Origin: Candidatus Lutacidiplasma silvani
GTDB taxonomy: Archaea > Thermoplasmatota > Thermoplasmata > Lutacidiplasmatales > UBA184
Reading direction: 5' to 3'
Assembly: GCA_022750295.1 (NCBI GenBank)
Contig: JAKIVZ010000001.1
Coordinates: forward strand, 133,651-197,650
DNA: 64,000 nt
Position numbers and translations under genes: made by a program. Shown in pieces: positions 18,320 through 27,982 of the stretch; positions within the stretch are counted from its first letter, which is position 1, and the number at the start of each line of letters is the position of its first letter. The notes under the pieces are model-generated. The model worked only from the letters and a program-made list of their open reading frames with translations, was not told where the DNA came from and did no database searches.

Positions 18320-19432
18320 TTAACCGTTGGCCGAGACAGGAAGCGCCGGCGGGGTCCGTCCGCCCGGCGGCCGCACGGTTCCCGCACCGGCGGCCGCGAC
18401 GTCCCGGATCCGGTCGGGGAACGGCGGGAACACGTCGACCCCGCAGCCGAGGGTGCGTTTGTGGACGAGGCCGGTCGCACGGTCCATCTCCATCTTGAGG
18501 ATCTCGAGCCGACCGCACTTCGGGCAGAGAAATCCGGCGCGGATGTCGGGTACGGAGCCCGGCGGGTCGGTGAACGTCACCGAAGGGATTGGATCGAGCA
18601 CTGGGTCGCGGCCGGTGACGGCCTGCTCGAGTTCGGGCACGAGACCGAGCAGCTCTCGGACCGTCTCCGCGTGGACCCTTGGGGGTTGGTCGAGGTCGAT
18701 CCCGGTGTTGAATTGGAAGTGCTCGGCGAGGAAGCGCACGACCGGCAAGGCGGAACCGCCCCGGCCCGGGGCGGCCCCAGATCGGTGTTCCCACCCGAGG
18801 TAGAGCGCGAGGAACCTCGGCGAGTCGAGAAGGCCGCGGAACGCCGGGTCGCAGGACTCGAGGACCATCGGAGACCGGAGGGGTGGCCGAAGGAGGGGAA
18901 CCGGTGGCCGCCCGGAGAGGAGCGCCGCGGATCCGACGGCGCCGCGAGCGGCCCGTGCCGAGAAGTTGATTGGGCCCGGGCCGCCGAATACCCGGCTCGG
19001 GGTCCTTTCCGGCGGCGCCGTCGCAATCGCCCACGGAAGGTACGGAATCGGAGGCGTATCGTCTCGCACCATGCGGACGAACGTGAAGACCGAAAGGGTC
19101 GGAATCACTTCGTACGAGGGCGACTCGCCGACGAGGATCCCGACCGTCCACTGCCGTCCGCCGCTCGTCCCGACCAACGTCGGACGCCGGCGATCGCTGA
19201 CCTTGAAGGGAGGGGGGGCCGGAAGGGGGACGTAGTACCCCCGTTCCGACTTCGAATCCGGGAAGAGGTCGGGCGACAGAATCGGAGCGCGTAGCAGGCC
19301 CGCCCGGGGGGTCGAGACATTCTGCAACGCGGGATTGGCCTTGTGGATGGCCTCCGCGATCGCCTGGGCGGTCTCGAACGGCGGGGCATCGTTCGTCCCC
19401 AGGGTGGCTCGTCCGGAGCATAGAATCAACAT
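18320..19432 (-). CDS. Hypothetical protein with possible C-terminal zinc ribbon
   Basis: The most protein-like long frame between the PRC gene and rpl18e, with CPKC...GC near the C-terminus. No family recognised. Confidence 0.45.
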   Translation of the reverse strand: MLILCSGRATLGTNDAPPFETAQAIAEAIHKANPALQNVSTPRAGLLRAPILSPDLFPDSKSERGYYVPLPAPPPFKVSDRRRPTLVGTSGGRQWTVGILVGESPSYEVIPTLSVFTFVRMVRDDTPPIPYLPWAIATAPPERTPSRVFGGPGPINFSARAARGAVGSAALLSGRPPVPLLRPPLRSPMVLESCDPAFRGLLDSPRFLALYLGWEHRSGAAPGRGGSALPVVRFLAEHFQFNTGIDLDQPPRVHAETVRELLGLVPELEQAVTGRDPVLDPIPSVTFTDPPGSVPDIRAGFLCPKCGRLEILKMEMDRATGLVHKRTLGCGVDVFPPFPDRIRDVAAAGAGTVRPPGGRTPPALPVSANG

Positions 19433-19484
19433 CGCCGTCCGCCGATTTTTCCGTCGGCCGGGACCGTGTCGTTCCGTCGGCGGC

Positions 19485-19495
19485 AAGCCTTATAT
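19485..19495 (+). promoter_or_regulatory. BRE/TATA promoter of the ribosomal protein operon
   Basis: AAGCCTTATAT about 30 nt upstream of the rpl18e ATG. Confidence 0.6.
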
Positions 19496-19525
19496 CGAGC
19501 ACCCGGGTCGAGCCGACCCCGCCCT

Positions 19526-19891
19526 ATGCTTCGGACCATCCGCAAGGAGAACGCGGAGCTCGCCCACGTTCTCATCGCACTCCGCAAGACCGCCAAGGCC
19601 CACGAGGCCCCGGTCTGGTACGCCGTCGCGGAGAAGCTCGCCCGCCCGCGCCGCCAGGCGCGTCCGGTGAACGTCGGGCACCTCGAGCGGCTCGCGAATC
19701 CGAAGGAGACCCTGGTCATTCCCGGAAAGCTTCTCGCGCACGGCTCCCTGACGAAGCCGCTCACGGTGGCGGCGTTCCACTACTCCGAGGACGCGAGGAC
19801 CAAGATTCACGCGGCCGGCGGCACGGCGCTCTCGATCTCCGAGCTCTTGAAATCCAAACCGGACGGAACGGGGGTACGCCTCTTTGCCTGA
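19526..19891 (+). CDS. rpl18e: 50S ribosomal protein eL18
   Basis: APVW..VAEKLARPRR...VNVGHLER...VIPGKLL...VAAFHYS...KI..AGG. Confidence 0.93.
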   Translation: MLRTIRKENAELAHVLIALRKTAKAHEAPVWYAVAEKLARPRRQARPVNVGHLERLANPKETLVIPGKLLAHGSLTKPLTVAAFHYSEDARTKIHAAGGTALSISELLKSKPDGTGVRLFA

Positions 19892-20495
19892 TCCCGCCCC
19901 CGCGACGCCCGCGCCCGCGGCCGCCGAGAAGAAGGCCCCCCGCGCGCCCAAGATCACGAAGAGCACGGCGAAGCCGGCTTCGGCCGCCGCCGCCAAGCCT
20001 GCGGCCTCTCCCTCCAAGCCCGCTCCGTCCTCGAAGGCGGCCGCGCCGGCCCTCGCGAAGACGGTCCCCGTCCGCAACGCCACGGTCGTCGATGCCAGCG
20101 ACCTGATCCTCGGTCGCGCGGCAAGCCAGATCGCGAAGCGGCTCCTGAACGGCGAGTCGATCGTGGTCGTCAACGCCGAGAAGAGCGTCGTGACCGGTGG
20201 GCGGAAGATGGTCATCGACTTCTACATCGCGAACCGCGCCCGCGGCTCGAAGCGGACCGGTCCCCACTTCCCGCGGTACCCCGACCGGATCTTCCGGCGG
20301 ACCGTCCGCGGCATGCTCCCCCACCTCAAGACCCGCGGCAAGGTCGCGTACGAGCGCCTCGAGGTCTACATGGGGGTCCCGGCCGAGTTCGCCTCCCTGC
20401 CCCGCCAGTCGATCGACCTGGCGAGGGCCCGCCCGGCGCTCCGCCCCCCGACGACGCTCGAAGAGATCTCCCGCCTGCTGGGAGCCCGCGTATGA
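19884..20495 (+). CDS. rpl13: 50S ribosomal protein uL13 with N-terminal low-complexity extension
   Basis: VVDASDLILGRAASQIAKRLL and GPHFPRYPDRIFRRTVRGMLP motifs. The TTG start overlaps the rpl18e stop. Confidence 0.93.
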   Translation: MPDPAPATPAPAAAEKKAPRAPKITKSTAKPASAAAAKPAASPSKPAPSSKAAAPALAKTVPVRNATVVDASDLILGRAASQIAKRLLNGESIVVVNAEKSVVTGGRKMVIDFYIANRARGSKRTGPHFPRYPDRIFRRTVRGMLPHLKTRGKVAYERLEVYMGVPAEFASLPRQSIDLARARPALRPPTTLEEISRLLGARV

Positions 20496-20899
20496 AGGGC
20501 CCCGTCGTGGTCCAGACGACCGGCAAGCGGAAGCAGGCGATCGCCCGGGCCACCGTCCGCAAGGGGACCGGCCAAGTTCGCATCAACCAGCAACCGCTCG
20601 AGATCGTCGAGCCCGAGATCGTCCGCCAGAAGATCCAGGAGCCGCTCCTCATGGTCGGGGACCGCTGGAAGGCGCTCAACATCGCCGTCGACGTCGCGGG
20701 AGGCGGGGTCATGGGCCAGGCGTCCGCGGCCCGTACCGCGGTCGCGCGGGGCCTTCTCGAGTGGCTCAAGGACCCGGCGCTGACCGAGATGTTCAAGCAC
20801 TACGACCGGTCCCTTATCGTCAACGACCCGCGCCGCAAGCTGCCGAAGCGCCCCGGCGGCCGCGGGGCCCGAAAGCGCCGGCAGAAGTCGTACCGTTAG
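20492..20899 (+). CDS. rps9: 30S ribosomal protein uS9
   Basis: GKRKQAIARA, GGGVMGQA and GARKRRQKSYR motifs. Confidence 0.97.
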   Translation: MKGPVVVQTTGKRKQAIARATVRKGTGQVRINQQPLEIVEPEIVRQKIQEPLLMVGDRWKALNIAVDVAGGGVMGQASAARTAVARGLLEWLKDPALTEMFKHYDRSLIVNDPRRKLPKRPGGRGARKRRQKSYR

Positions 20900-20921
20900 G
20901 CGGTAGGGAAGGTTCCACACC

Positions 20922-21119
20922 ATGACGATGATGATCCCGGTCCGCTGCTTCACCTGCGGCGCCGTGATCGGCCAGCACTGGGACGAGTACCGCGAGCGGA
21001 CCAGCCGGGGCGAGCCCGCGGGGGTCGTGATGAACAACCTCGGCCTGACCCGGTACTGCTGCCGCCGGATGCTCCTGACCCACGTCGATCTCCTCGACGA
21101 AGTCGGACCGTACGGCTGA
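20922..21119 (+). CDS. rpoN: RNA polymerase subunit N (Rpo10)
   Basis: MIPVRCFTCG and RYCCRRMLLTH motifs. Confidence 0.97.
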   Translation: MTMMIPVRCFTCGAVIGQHWDEYRERTSRGEPAGVVMNNLGLTRYCCRRMLLTHVDLLDEVGPYG

Positions 21120-21229
21120 GCCGCCCGTCTTCCGTCCGGGGACGGTGCCGGGCCTCTCCCGACCGAGATTGGCGGAAGGTCCTCGCCGACCCGTTCGCGT
21201 CCCCGGGACCCTACCCCGGCGGGGCCGAC

Positions 21230-21661
21230 TCACTCTTCCAGCAGCTCGCCCGGCGGTTTCGATGCCACCGCGGACTTGGTACCCAGCCGCTCGCGATCCT
21301 GCGTGACCACGCACTCCGCGCCTCGCAGCTGCGCCGTCGCGAGGATCAGCGCGTCCGGCAGCGCAAGATGGGTCGCTTCTCGGAGCTCGCCCGCCAGGAG
21401 CGCGATCGCCTCGACCACCGGTTCGATCGAATACGATGGCGAAGCCCGCAGATGGCTGAGAAACGGCGTCCAGAGGGCGGGGAGTTGCGCGGCGGGAAAT
21501 CCCGCCCGCAGTTCGGCCAGGGTGACGACGGAAACCAGGGCCTCGAACCGGCCGTCGTCCACCGCGTCCAGCAGCCGACGAGACGCGGCATGGCCGGGTT
21601 CGGCCGGGGCCCGGGCGGCTAGGAAGACGTTAGTGTCGATGAGCAACCGGGCGGCGGTCAC
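21230..21661 (-). CDS. vapC: PIN-domain toxin, VapC family
   Basis: LLIDTNVF, TLAEL, LPDALILATA and VVTQD acidic PIN residues. Confidence 0.88.
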   Translation of the reverse strand: MTAARLLIDTNVFLAARAPAEPGHAASRRLLDAVDDGRFEALVSVVTLAELRAGFPAAQLPALWTPFLSHLRASPSYSIEPVVEAIALLAGELREATHLALPDALILATAQLRGAECVVTQDRERLGTKSAVASKPPGELLEE

Positions 21662-21899
21662 GCTTCACCCACTCGTCGCGAACTCGACGCTGGTGCTCGA
21701 CTCCGGTCTCCGAGGAGGGGCCCCACGCCGCAAGGATCTCGGTCAGGCGGGCCGGTCGTGCCTTCCGGACGACGGCCCGGTCTCCCGCCTCCACCTCGAA
21801 GAGGAGCCGGTCCCCCGGATGGAGTCCGAGGGCATCGCGGACGTCCTTGGGCACGGTGATCTGACCCTTCTGGCTGATCGTTCCACTCCCACTCGCCAT
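21630..21899 (-). CDS. vapB: AbrB/MazE/SpoVT antitoxin
   Basis: ISQKGQITVPKDVRDALGLHPGDRLLF motif, directly upstream of the PIN gene. Confidence 0.9.
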   Translation of the reverse strand: MASGSGTISQKGQITVPKDVRDALGLHPGDRLLFEVEAGDRAVVRKARPARLTEILAAWGPSSETGVEHQRRVRDEWVKRDRRPVAHRH

Positions 21900-21900
21900 C

Positions 21901-21944
21901 GTACGAATGCCTTACGTATTGGTAGGGAATTCGGGTACATATAG
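21901..21944 (-). promoter_or_regulatory. vapBC operator inverted repeat and TATA
   Basis: Imperfect palindrome GTACGAAT-G-CCTTAC-GTATTG-GTAGGG-A-ATTCGGGTAC between the minus-strand TATA (CTATATG) and the start codon. Confidence 0.6.
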
Positions 21945-22188
21945 TCCTACGCACGGAGAACGGTCCCGGGGTCGGAGGGACGCCCGACGGCACGGAACTT
22001 CCGGAAGCGGGACACCCAGCGCTTGCCCCTCGCTCCCCGATCGAGGGCGTCGAGTCTCGAGGCTCGGCCGCTCGAATCCAGGGAACGGGGGTGGGTCGGC
22101 CGACCCGTGCCTCGATGGAACGCTGGTAGGACGCCCCGCCCGTTGGGGAGGGGGGAAGAGGTTCTCGCGAGGCGTGCCGGTGGTCGCG

Positions 22189-25100
22189 CTACGAGTCGTC
22201 CTCGTCGTCGTCCGCGGCCTTGTCCTTCTTCGAGCCGCCGCGCTCGAGGCCCGACTTGCCGCCCGAGGACGACTTCGACGAGCCGCCACCGGAGGTCCGG
22301 GGCCGCCAGACGAGGAAGTAGACCGCCAGGATGACCGCGACCGCCGCGATGAGGATCCCCGCGTAGATCTCGTCGTTCACGATCGGGTTCGCGCTGATCG
22401 TGATCGCGACGTGCGCCTGGTTCCCGCCCGCGGCGTAGTTCGCCGCGAACTCGTTCGTGGCCGTCGCGTTCGCCCAGAGGTCATAGTTCCCGATCCGTGC
22501 CGGCGTGAACGACACCTGCGCCCGCATCGTGTGGTTCCACGGAATCGAGATCGTGCCGGTCCCGGCGGAGGTCGTGTTGACCGTTCCGTTCGTGTAGCCG
22601 AACCACTGGACCGTTCCCGGCGAGCCGCCGAGCCCGATCTCGGTCCCCGAGCCGGAGGGCGGCAGGAGGTAGAACAGGACCGCGACGTTCTCGGCGGTCG
22701 AGTTCTTTCCGATCGTGTTCGTCACGTTCACCCAGACGGTGTACGACTTGCCGTCGGTCAGCGACGTCGAGGAGGTGGTCATGTTCCCGACCTCGAGGAC
22801 GGGGCGCGTCGACGTGTTCACCGCCACGGTCAGCGAGATCGTGGTGTAGGCGGTGTTCCCCGCCCGGTCGGTGACCGTCAGGTTCACGGTGTACGGCTTC
22901 GACTGGGGGGTGAGCCACAGCGGCTTGTTCGCCGGGACCGACCCGAGCGTCTTCTCCTGGATCGGGATCGTCTGGTTCGCGGAGGAGTTCCCGCTGTTCG
23001 TGACCGACCAGTTGAACCAGGTGATCGACCCGTTGTGGGGGTCGCTCGAGTTCGTGGCGGAGAGCGAGACGAACGCCGTGTGGTTCGCCGCCTCGACGAT
23101 GCTCGTGATCGACTTCCCCGCCGAGTTCAGGACCCGCGCAACCGGGGACGGCTTCTCGGTGTCGCGCACGAGGACGACCATGGTGGCCGTCGACGAGTGA
23201 CCGGCCGCGTCCCAGATCGTCAGCGAGACGTTGTACTGCCAACCCTGGAACGAGACGACGCTCAGGGCGCCGTATCCCGCGGTCAGGTAGTGGCCGCCGC
23301 CGAGGAACGTCAGGGCGTCGTTGCCCGAGGCGTTCGCCCCGGCCGACGCGGAGAGGTTCTTCAGCCACGACGACTTGAACGCGGTGACGTTGAACAGCGC
23401 GACGCTCAGCACCCCGTGGACGCCGCCGGGGGCGCCCGTCAGCGGCAGGACGCTCGTCGAGGCGTTGAACTGGAGCGTCGACGACCAGTTCACGATCGTG
23501 TAGTTCTCCCCGCCCTTGTTCTGGACGGTCGAGTTCACCGAGATGACGGCCGTCGGCGCCTCCGACGACGCGTACACCGTGAACTTCGTGGAGTTCGACT
23601 GCCCGCCGGACCCGGTCACCTTGACCGACCCGGTGTAGACCCCCGCCGTCGCGTAGGTGTGGTTCGTCGTCGGGGTCGTCTTGCTCGAGAGGCCGCCGTC
23701 GCCGAACACCCAGGCGTACTGTACGCCCGATGTCTGCGCCGGGAACGTCGAGTTCGCTGCGGAGAACGTGACGTTCTCACCGGTCCCGACGATCACGGTG
23801 TAGTTGTTCGTGCTGTCGTTGAGGACGTTGCTCGACGAGAACGTGAAGTTTGCGACCGTCACGTTGACGTTCGCCGTCACGTTGCCGCTCTTGACGATCG
23901 TCAGCGACGCGGTCCCCGACGGGTTGGTCGAGGCGTTCGAGACGAGCGTGAAGCTCGTGTACGTCCCACCGGGGCCGGTGGGGCGGATCCACGACTGGGC
24001 GGGCGGCGAGGTGACCGACGACGCGCTCAGGACGTACCCCGCGGGAAGCTCCACGGTGTAGTTGAACGTCTGCGCGTGGGTCGGGTGCCGGAAGTTGAAC
24101 GACAGGCTGTAGGCGCGCAGGTTCGTCCCGACCTTCGAGGTCGTGTTGTACGTCTGGCTGTAGTGCAGCGCGATCGAGGCGTTGCTCCCGAGGCCGCAGA
24201 ACGAGGCGCACGTCGTCGAGTTCGTGAATGTGTAGTTTGTCGGCTGGCCGAACCCGGTCCCGTTGACCGTCAGACCCGCCTGGCCCGCCGGGAAGAACGG
24301 CCCGGACGAGTTGAGCCACGTCAGGAACGTCGGGAAGTTCGCCATCGAGAACGTCGTGTTCGACTGCCAGTCCAGCGCGAGCTGCGCCCAGAGTTGGCCG
24401 ACCGAGGCGTTCGCGAGCTCGGGGAACGTCGTGTCGTTCGCGAGGGTCGCGTTGCTCGTGACGACGACCTTGTTGAACCCCTTCTGGAAGTTCAGGACGG
24501 TCGTGTACGCCGCGGGCGGCGCGATCTTCGGGGTCAGCACGTTGTGGGGGTTCGGACCGCCCCGGCTCGTGCCGGAGACGTTGAGGGTGTACCAAGTCGT
24601 CGCGTATCCCACGTGGGAGAGGATGACGTCGAACGTCTGGACGCCCGGACCGACGAATCCCGCCGGATAGGAGCCGACTTCGTAGAAGCCGCCCGCCGGG
24701 GTCGCGGCGCTGTAGATGTAGTCGTTCGTTGGGTCGAACAGCGTGACGTTCCCGCCCGCCGGGATGTGCGACGCGGGGTGGGCCGCTTGGTTCGAGAAGC
24801 CCCAGGTCAGGTACGACGAGGCGCTGCCCAGCACCGGGTTCACGGTCAGGATCGGCGTCGAGACCGTGATCTGGGTGTAGTTCACGTACGACGGGGAGCC
24901 CGGAACCGTCGTTTCGAGGACCCAGGTCCCTTCGGGGACCGAGAGGGAGTACTCGCCGACGACCGTGGTGTTGGTCGCGGTCGCGACCGTGGTGTTGTTC
25001 GCGAAGACGGCGCCGTTGAACGTCGGGTCGAGGAGCTGGACCGAGGCGCCACCGACCGGGCGGCCGTTGTACGTGGCGTTGCCCCAGAGGACCGAGTTGT

Positions 25101-25542
25101 AGAGCGCCTCGGAGACCCCCGAGACGGTCAGCGGGGAGTTGGTCGTGGTGAGCTCCGTCGCGTTCTCATACGCGTACGCCGGGTTCTGGCTCGACGGGAG
25201 GATGGCGTAGGTCGAACTGCTCCCCGTGAGCTTGACGTGCGCCTGGGGCGGGACCCAGACCCCCCACCAACCGGGTTGGAGGGCGCCGGCGTTCGTGCCC
25301 GAGCTGAAGTTGAACTGGCCGCCCGGGAGGGTGGCCGTGGTGTACACTTGGTGGGTCGCGCCGCTGATCAGGTCGACCGCCACGCCGCTAACCACCGGAA
25401 TTCCGGTCGGTTGCTCCACAGACCCCAGTAGGGAGTAGGTCGGCGTCGAGGTCGCAAGCGCCCCGGGAACCGATGCCAGCACGCCCGCCAGCACCAGAAC
25501 CACGAAGCCCCACACTGCGACCCGCGGTAGTCGCTCACCCAT
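22189..25542 (-). CDS. Large membrane-anchored surface glycoprotein (PKD and Ig-like/CARDB domains)
   Basis: Signal peptide, PKD motif YAWVFGDG...HTYATAGVYT, many NxS/T sequons, a C-terminal TM helix and a charged tail. Confidence 0.85.
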   Translation of the reverse strand: MGERLPRVAVWGFVVLVLAGVLASVPGALATSTPTYSLLGSVEQPTGIPVVSGVAVDLISGATHQVYTTATLPGGQFNFSSGTNAGALQPGWWGVWVPPQAHVKLTGSSSTYAILPSSQNPAYAYENATELTTTNSPLTVSGVSEALYNSVLWGNATYNGRPVGGASVQLLDPTFNGAVFANNTTVATATNTTVVGEYSLSVPEGTWVLETTVPGSPSYVNYTQITVSTPILTVNPVLGSASSYLTWGFSNQAAHPASHIPAGGNVTLFDPTNDYIYSAATPAGGFYEVGSYPAGFVGPGVQTFDVILSHVGYATTWYTLNVSGTSRGGPNPHNVLTPKIAPPAAYTTVLNFQKGFNKVVVTSNATLANDTTFPELANASVGQLWAQLALDWQSNTTFSMANFPTFLTWLNSSGPFFPAGQAGLTVNGTGFGQPTNYTFTNSTTCASFCGLGSNASIALHYSQTYNTTSKVGTNLRAYSLSFNFRHPTHAQTFNYTVELPAGYVLSASSVTSPPAQSWIRPTGPGGTYTSFTLVSNASTNPSGTASLTIVKSGNVTANVNVTVANFTFSSSNVLNDSTNNYTVIVGTGENVTFSAANSTFPAQTSGVQYAWVFGDGGLSSKTTPTTNHTYATAGVYTGSVKVTGSGGQSNSTKFTVYASSEAPTAVISVNSTVQNKGGENYTIVNWSSTLQFNASTSVLPLTGAPGGVHGVLSVALFNVTAFKSSWLKNLSASAGANASGNDALTFLGGGHYLTAGYGALSVVSFQGWQYNVSLTIWDAAGHSSTATMVVLVRDTEKPSPVARVLNSAGKSITSIVEAANHTAFVSLSATNSSDPHNGSITWFNWSVTNSGNSSANQTIPIQEKTLGSVPANKPLWLTPQSKPYTVNLTVTDRAGNTAYTTISLTVAVNTSTRPVLEVGNMTTSSTSLTDGKSYTVWVNVTNTIGKNSTAENVAVLFYLLPPSGSGTEIGLGGSPGTVQWFGYTNGTVNTTSAGTGTISIPWNHTMRAQVSFTPARIGNYDLWANATATNEFAANYAAGGNQAHVAITISANPIVNDEIYAGILIAAVAVILAVYFLVWRPRTSGGGSSKSSSGGKSGLERGGSKKDKAADDDEDDS

Positions 25543-25646
25543 CGTGTTTCACGTCTCCTTCGTTCTGCCTCCGAGGGGGAGGCGCGGGCGCGAACCTAGC
25601 TTCGCTACTTATAGCTTGCCCGGAGCGGGAGGAGTATCCGGCGCCG

Positions 25647-27869
25647 TTACCCGTAGATGCCCTGGGGACCGGCGTCCTTCCGGCGGCCGGTCCGCTCGCG
25701 GGAGAGCTGCCGGGCGAAGTCCTCGTAGAACTTCAGGCTCTCCGGATCGCACGACGCGTGGGAGAGCTTCAGGGCCTCCTCAAAGTGGGCCATCGTGATC
25801 TTGTTCGCCTTCTGGTTCTCGCGGATCGCGCACAGGGCGGCCTCCCGGCAGAGGGCGGCCAGATCGCTCCCGACGTACCCCTCGGTCTTGTCGGCGAGCT
25901 CCTGGAGCCGGACGCCGTCGAGCGGCATGTCCCGGGAGTGGACTTTCAGGATCTCGAGCCGCCCCGCGGCGTTGGGGGGTTCGACGTAGAGGAGCCGGTC
26001 GAACCGGCCCGTCCGAAGGAGCGCCTCGTCGAGGATGTCCGGGCGGTTCGTCGCGGCGAGGACGACGACCCGCTCGAGGGTCTCGAGGCCGTCGATCGAC
26101 GTGAGGAGCTGGTTGACGATCCGCTCGGTGACGCCGCTCGAGTTCTGGAGCCCCCGCTTCGGGGCGATCGAGTCGATCTCGTCGATGAAGACGATCGCCG
26201 GCGACGCCTGGCGGGCCTTCTTGAAGATGACCCGGATCGCCTTTTCCGACTCGCCGACCCACTTCGACATGATCTCGGGGCCCTTGACCGAGATGAAGTT
26301 CGCCTGCGACTCGGTCGCCGCGGCCTTGGCGAGGAGCGTCTTGCCCACGCCCGGGGGGCCGTACAGGAGGATCCCCCGGGGCGGCTCGACCCCCAGGTGC
26401 TTGTAGATCCCGGGGTTCTTGATCGGCAATTCGACCGTCTCCTGGAGCGCCTGGCGGACCCGGTCGAGGCCGCCGACCTCTTCCCACCGGGTGGACGGGA
26501 TCTCGATCGCGACGTCGCGGAGGCTCGACGGCTCGACCTGCTTCAGTGCCTCCTTGAAGTCCCGCTCGGTGACCTTCATCCGCTCCAGCAGCGAGAGCGG
26601 GATCGGCTTGTCGAAGTCGATCTCGGGGAGGTAGCGCCGGAGCGCCCGCATCGCCGACTCCCGTCCGAGCGCGGCCAGGTCGGCGCCGACGAACCCGTGG
26701 CTGAGCGCGGCGAGGTCCTTCAGGATCCGGTCCCGGTCCTTCTCGGTCCCCTCGATCGGCATCCCGCGGGTGTGGATCTGGAGGATCTCGAGGCGTCCGG
26801 CGACCGTGGGGACCCCGATTTCGATCTCCCGGTCGAACCGGCCGGGGCGGCGGAGCGCCGGGTCGATCGCCTCTTCCCGGTTCGTCGCCGCGATGACGAT
26901 GACGTTCCCCCGTCCGGAGAGGCCGTCCATCAGCGTCAGGAGCTGCGCGACGACCCGGCGCTCGACCTCACCGACGACCTCGTCCCGGCGAGGGGCAATC
27001 GAGTCGAGCTCGTCGATGAAGATCACCGAGGGGGCGTTCTTCTCGGCCTCCTCGAACTTCTCGCGGAGCTCCTTCTCGCTCTCCCCGTAGTACTTGCTGA
27101 TGATCTCGGGACCCTGGATGCCGATGAAGTGGGCCCCGGCCTCGTTCGCGACCGCCTTCGCGATCAGGGTCTTCCCGGTCCCGGGGGGCCCGTACAGGAG
27201 TACTCCCTTAGGGGGGGAGATGGCGAGCCGGTCGAACAGCTCCGGGTGCTTCAGCGGGAGCTCGATCATCTCCCGGACCCGGCCGAGCTTCTCCTTGAGC
27301 CCCCCGATGTCCTCGTACGAGACCCGGGGCGCCGAGACCTCGGTCTCGGTGACCGTCTCGTCCTTGATCGTGATGAGGGTCGTCGGGCCGACCTGGACCG
27401 TCCCCTTCGGGGACGTCGTGACGACCATGAACGGGAGCGAGCCGCCCATCAGGAAGACCCCGGGAATCACGAAGACGTCGCCGCGCACGAAGGGGCGGCG
27501 GGCGAGCGCCTTCGAGACGAACTGCTCGAGGCCGGGGCCGAGGTCCATCTTGGCGGACCCGGAGTAGATGGGGGCGATCGTGATTGACTCGGCGATCGGG
27601 CAGTCGATCCGCTGGACGAGGATCCGGTCGCCGATTGAGACGCCGGCGTTCCGGCGGACGACCGCCTCGACCCGGATGAGGTTCTTCCCTTCGTCGTCGG
27701 CCTGCGCCCGGTTGACGACGGCGGCGGTGGTCTTCCGGCCCCGGATCTCGACGATGTCGCCGACCCCAACCTTCAGGCGCTGTCGGGTGCCGACGTCGAG
27801 CCGGGCGGTCCCGAGGCCGATGTCCTGCTGGAACGCCTCCGCGACCCGCAGCGTGATCGCTTCGACCAT
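25647..27869 (-). CDS. cdc48: CDC48/VCP (VAT) AAA+ ATPase
   Basis: N-domain plus two AAA modules (GPPGTGKT, GPPGVGKT, FIDELD/FIDEID, ALRRPGRFD). Confidence 0.96.
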   Translation of the reverse strand: MVEAITLRVAEAFQQDIGLGTARLDVGTRQRLKVGVGDIVEIRGRKTTAAVVNRAQADDEGKNLIRVEAVVRRNAGVSIGDRILVQRIDCPIAESITIAPIYSGSAKMDLGPGLEQFVSKALARRPFVRGDVFVIPGVFLMGGSLPFMVVTTSPKGTVQVGPTTLITIKDETVTETEVSAPRVSYEDIGGLKEKLGRVREMIELPLKHPELFDRLAISPPKGVLLYGPPGTGKTLIAKAVANEAGAHFIGIQGPEIISKYYGESEKELREKFEEAEKNAPSVIFIDELDSIAPRRDEVVGEVERRVVAQLLTLMDGLSGRGNVIVIAATNREEAIDPALRRPGRFDREIEIGVPTVAGRLEILQIHTRGMPIEGTEKDRDRILKDLAALSHGFVGADLAALGRESAMRALRRYLPEIDFDKPIPLSLLERMKVTERDFKEALKQVEPSSLRDVAIEIPSTRWEEVGGLDRVRQALQETVELPIKNPGIYKHLGVEPPRGILLYGPPGVGKTLLAKAAATESQANFISVKGPEIMSKWVGESEKAIRVIFKKARQASPAIVFIDEIDSIAPKRGLQNSSGVTERIVNQLLTSIDGLETLERVVVLAATNRPDILDEALLRTGRFDRLLYVEPPNAAGRLEILKVHSRDMPLDGVRLQELADKTEGYVGSDLAALCREAALCAIRENQKANKITMAHFEEALKLSHASCDPESLKFYEDFARQLSRERTGRRKDAGPQGIYG

Positions 27870-27982
27870 TCGGTGACGCCGAGGAGCCCCGGCGCAAAAT
27901 AAGCGCGCGCCCTCCACCCGACGAGAAAACCGTCGTCCGAGCGCGGCAAAGGAACATAACGGTCCTCGGCGTCGTACCGGTG

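Noticed and set aside
21907-25431. 1174-aa plus-strand ORF and similar long antisense ORFs (e.g. 32987-35698, 57530-60289, 25473-27587)
   Set aside because: These are shadow frames of real genes in high-GC DNA, with Arg/Gly-biased composition and no motifs.
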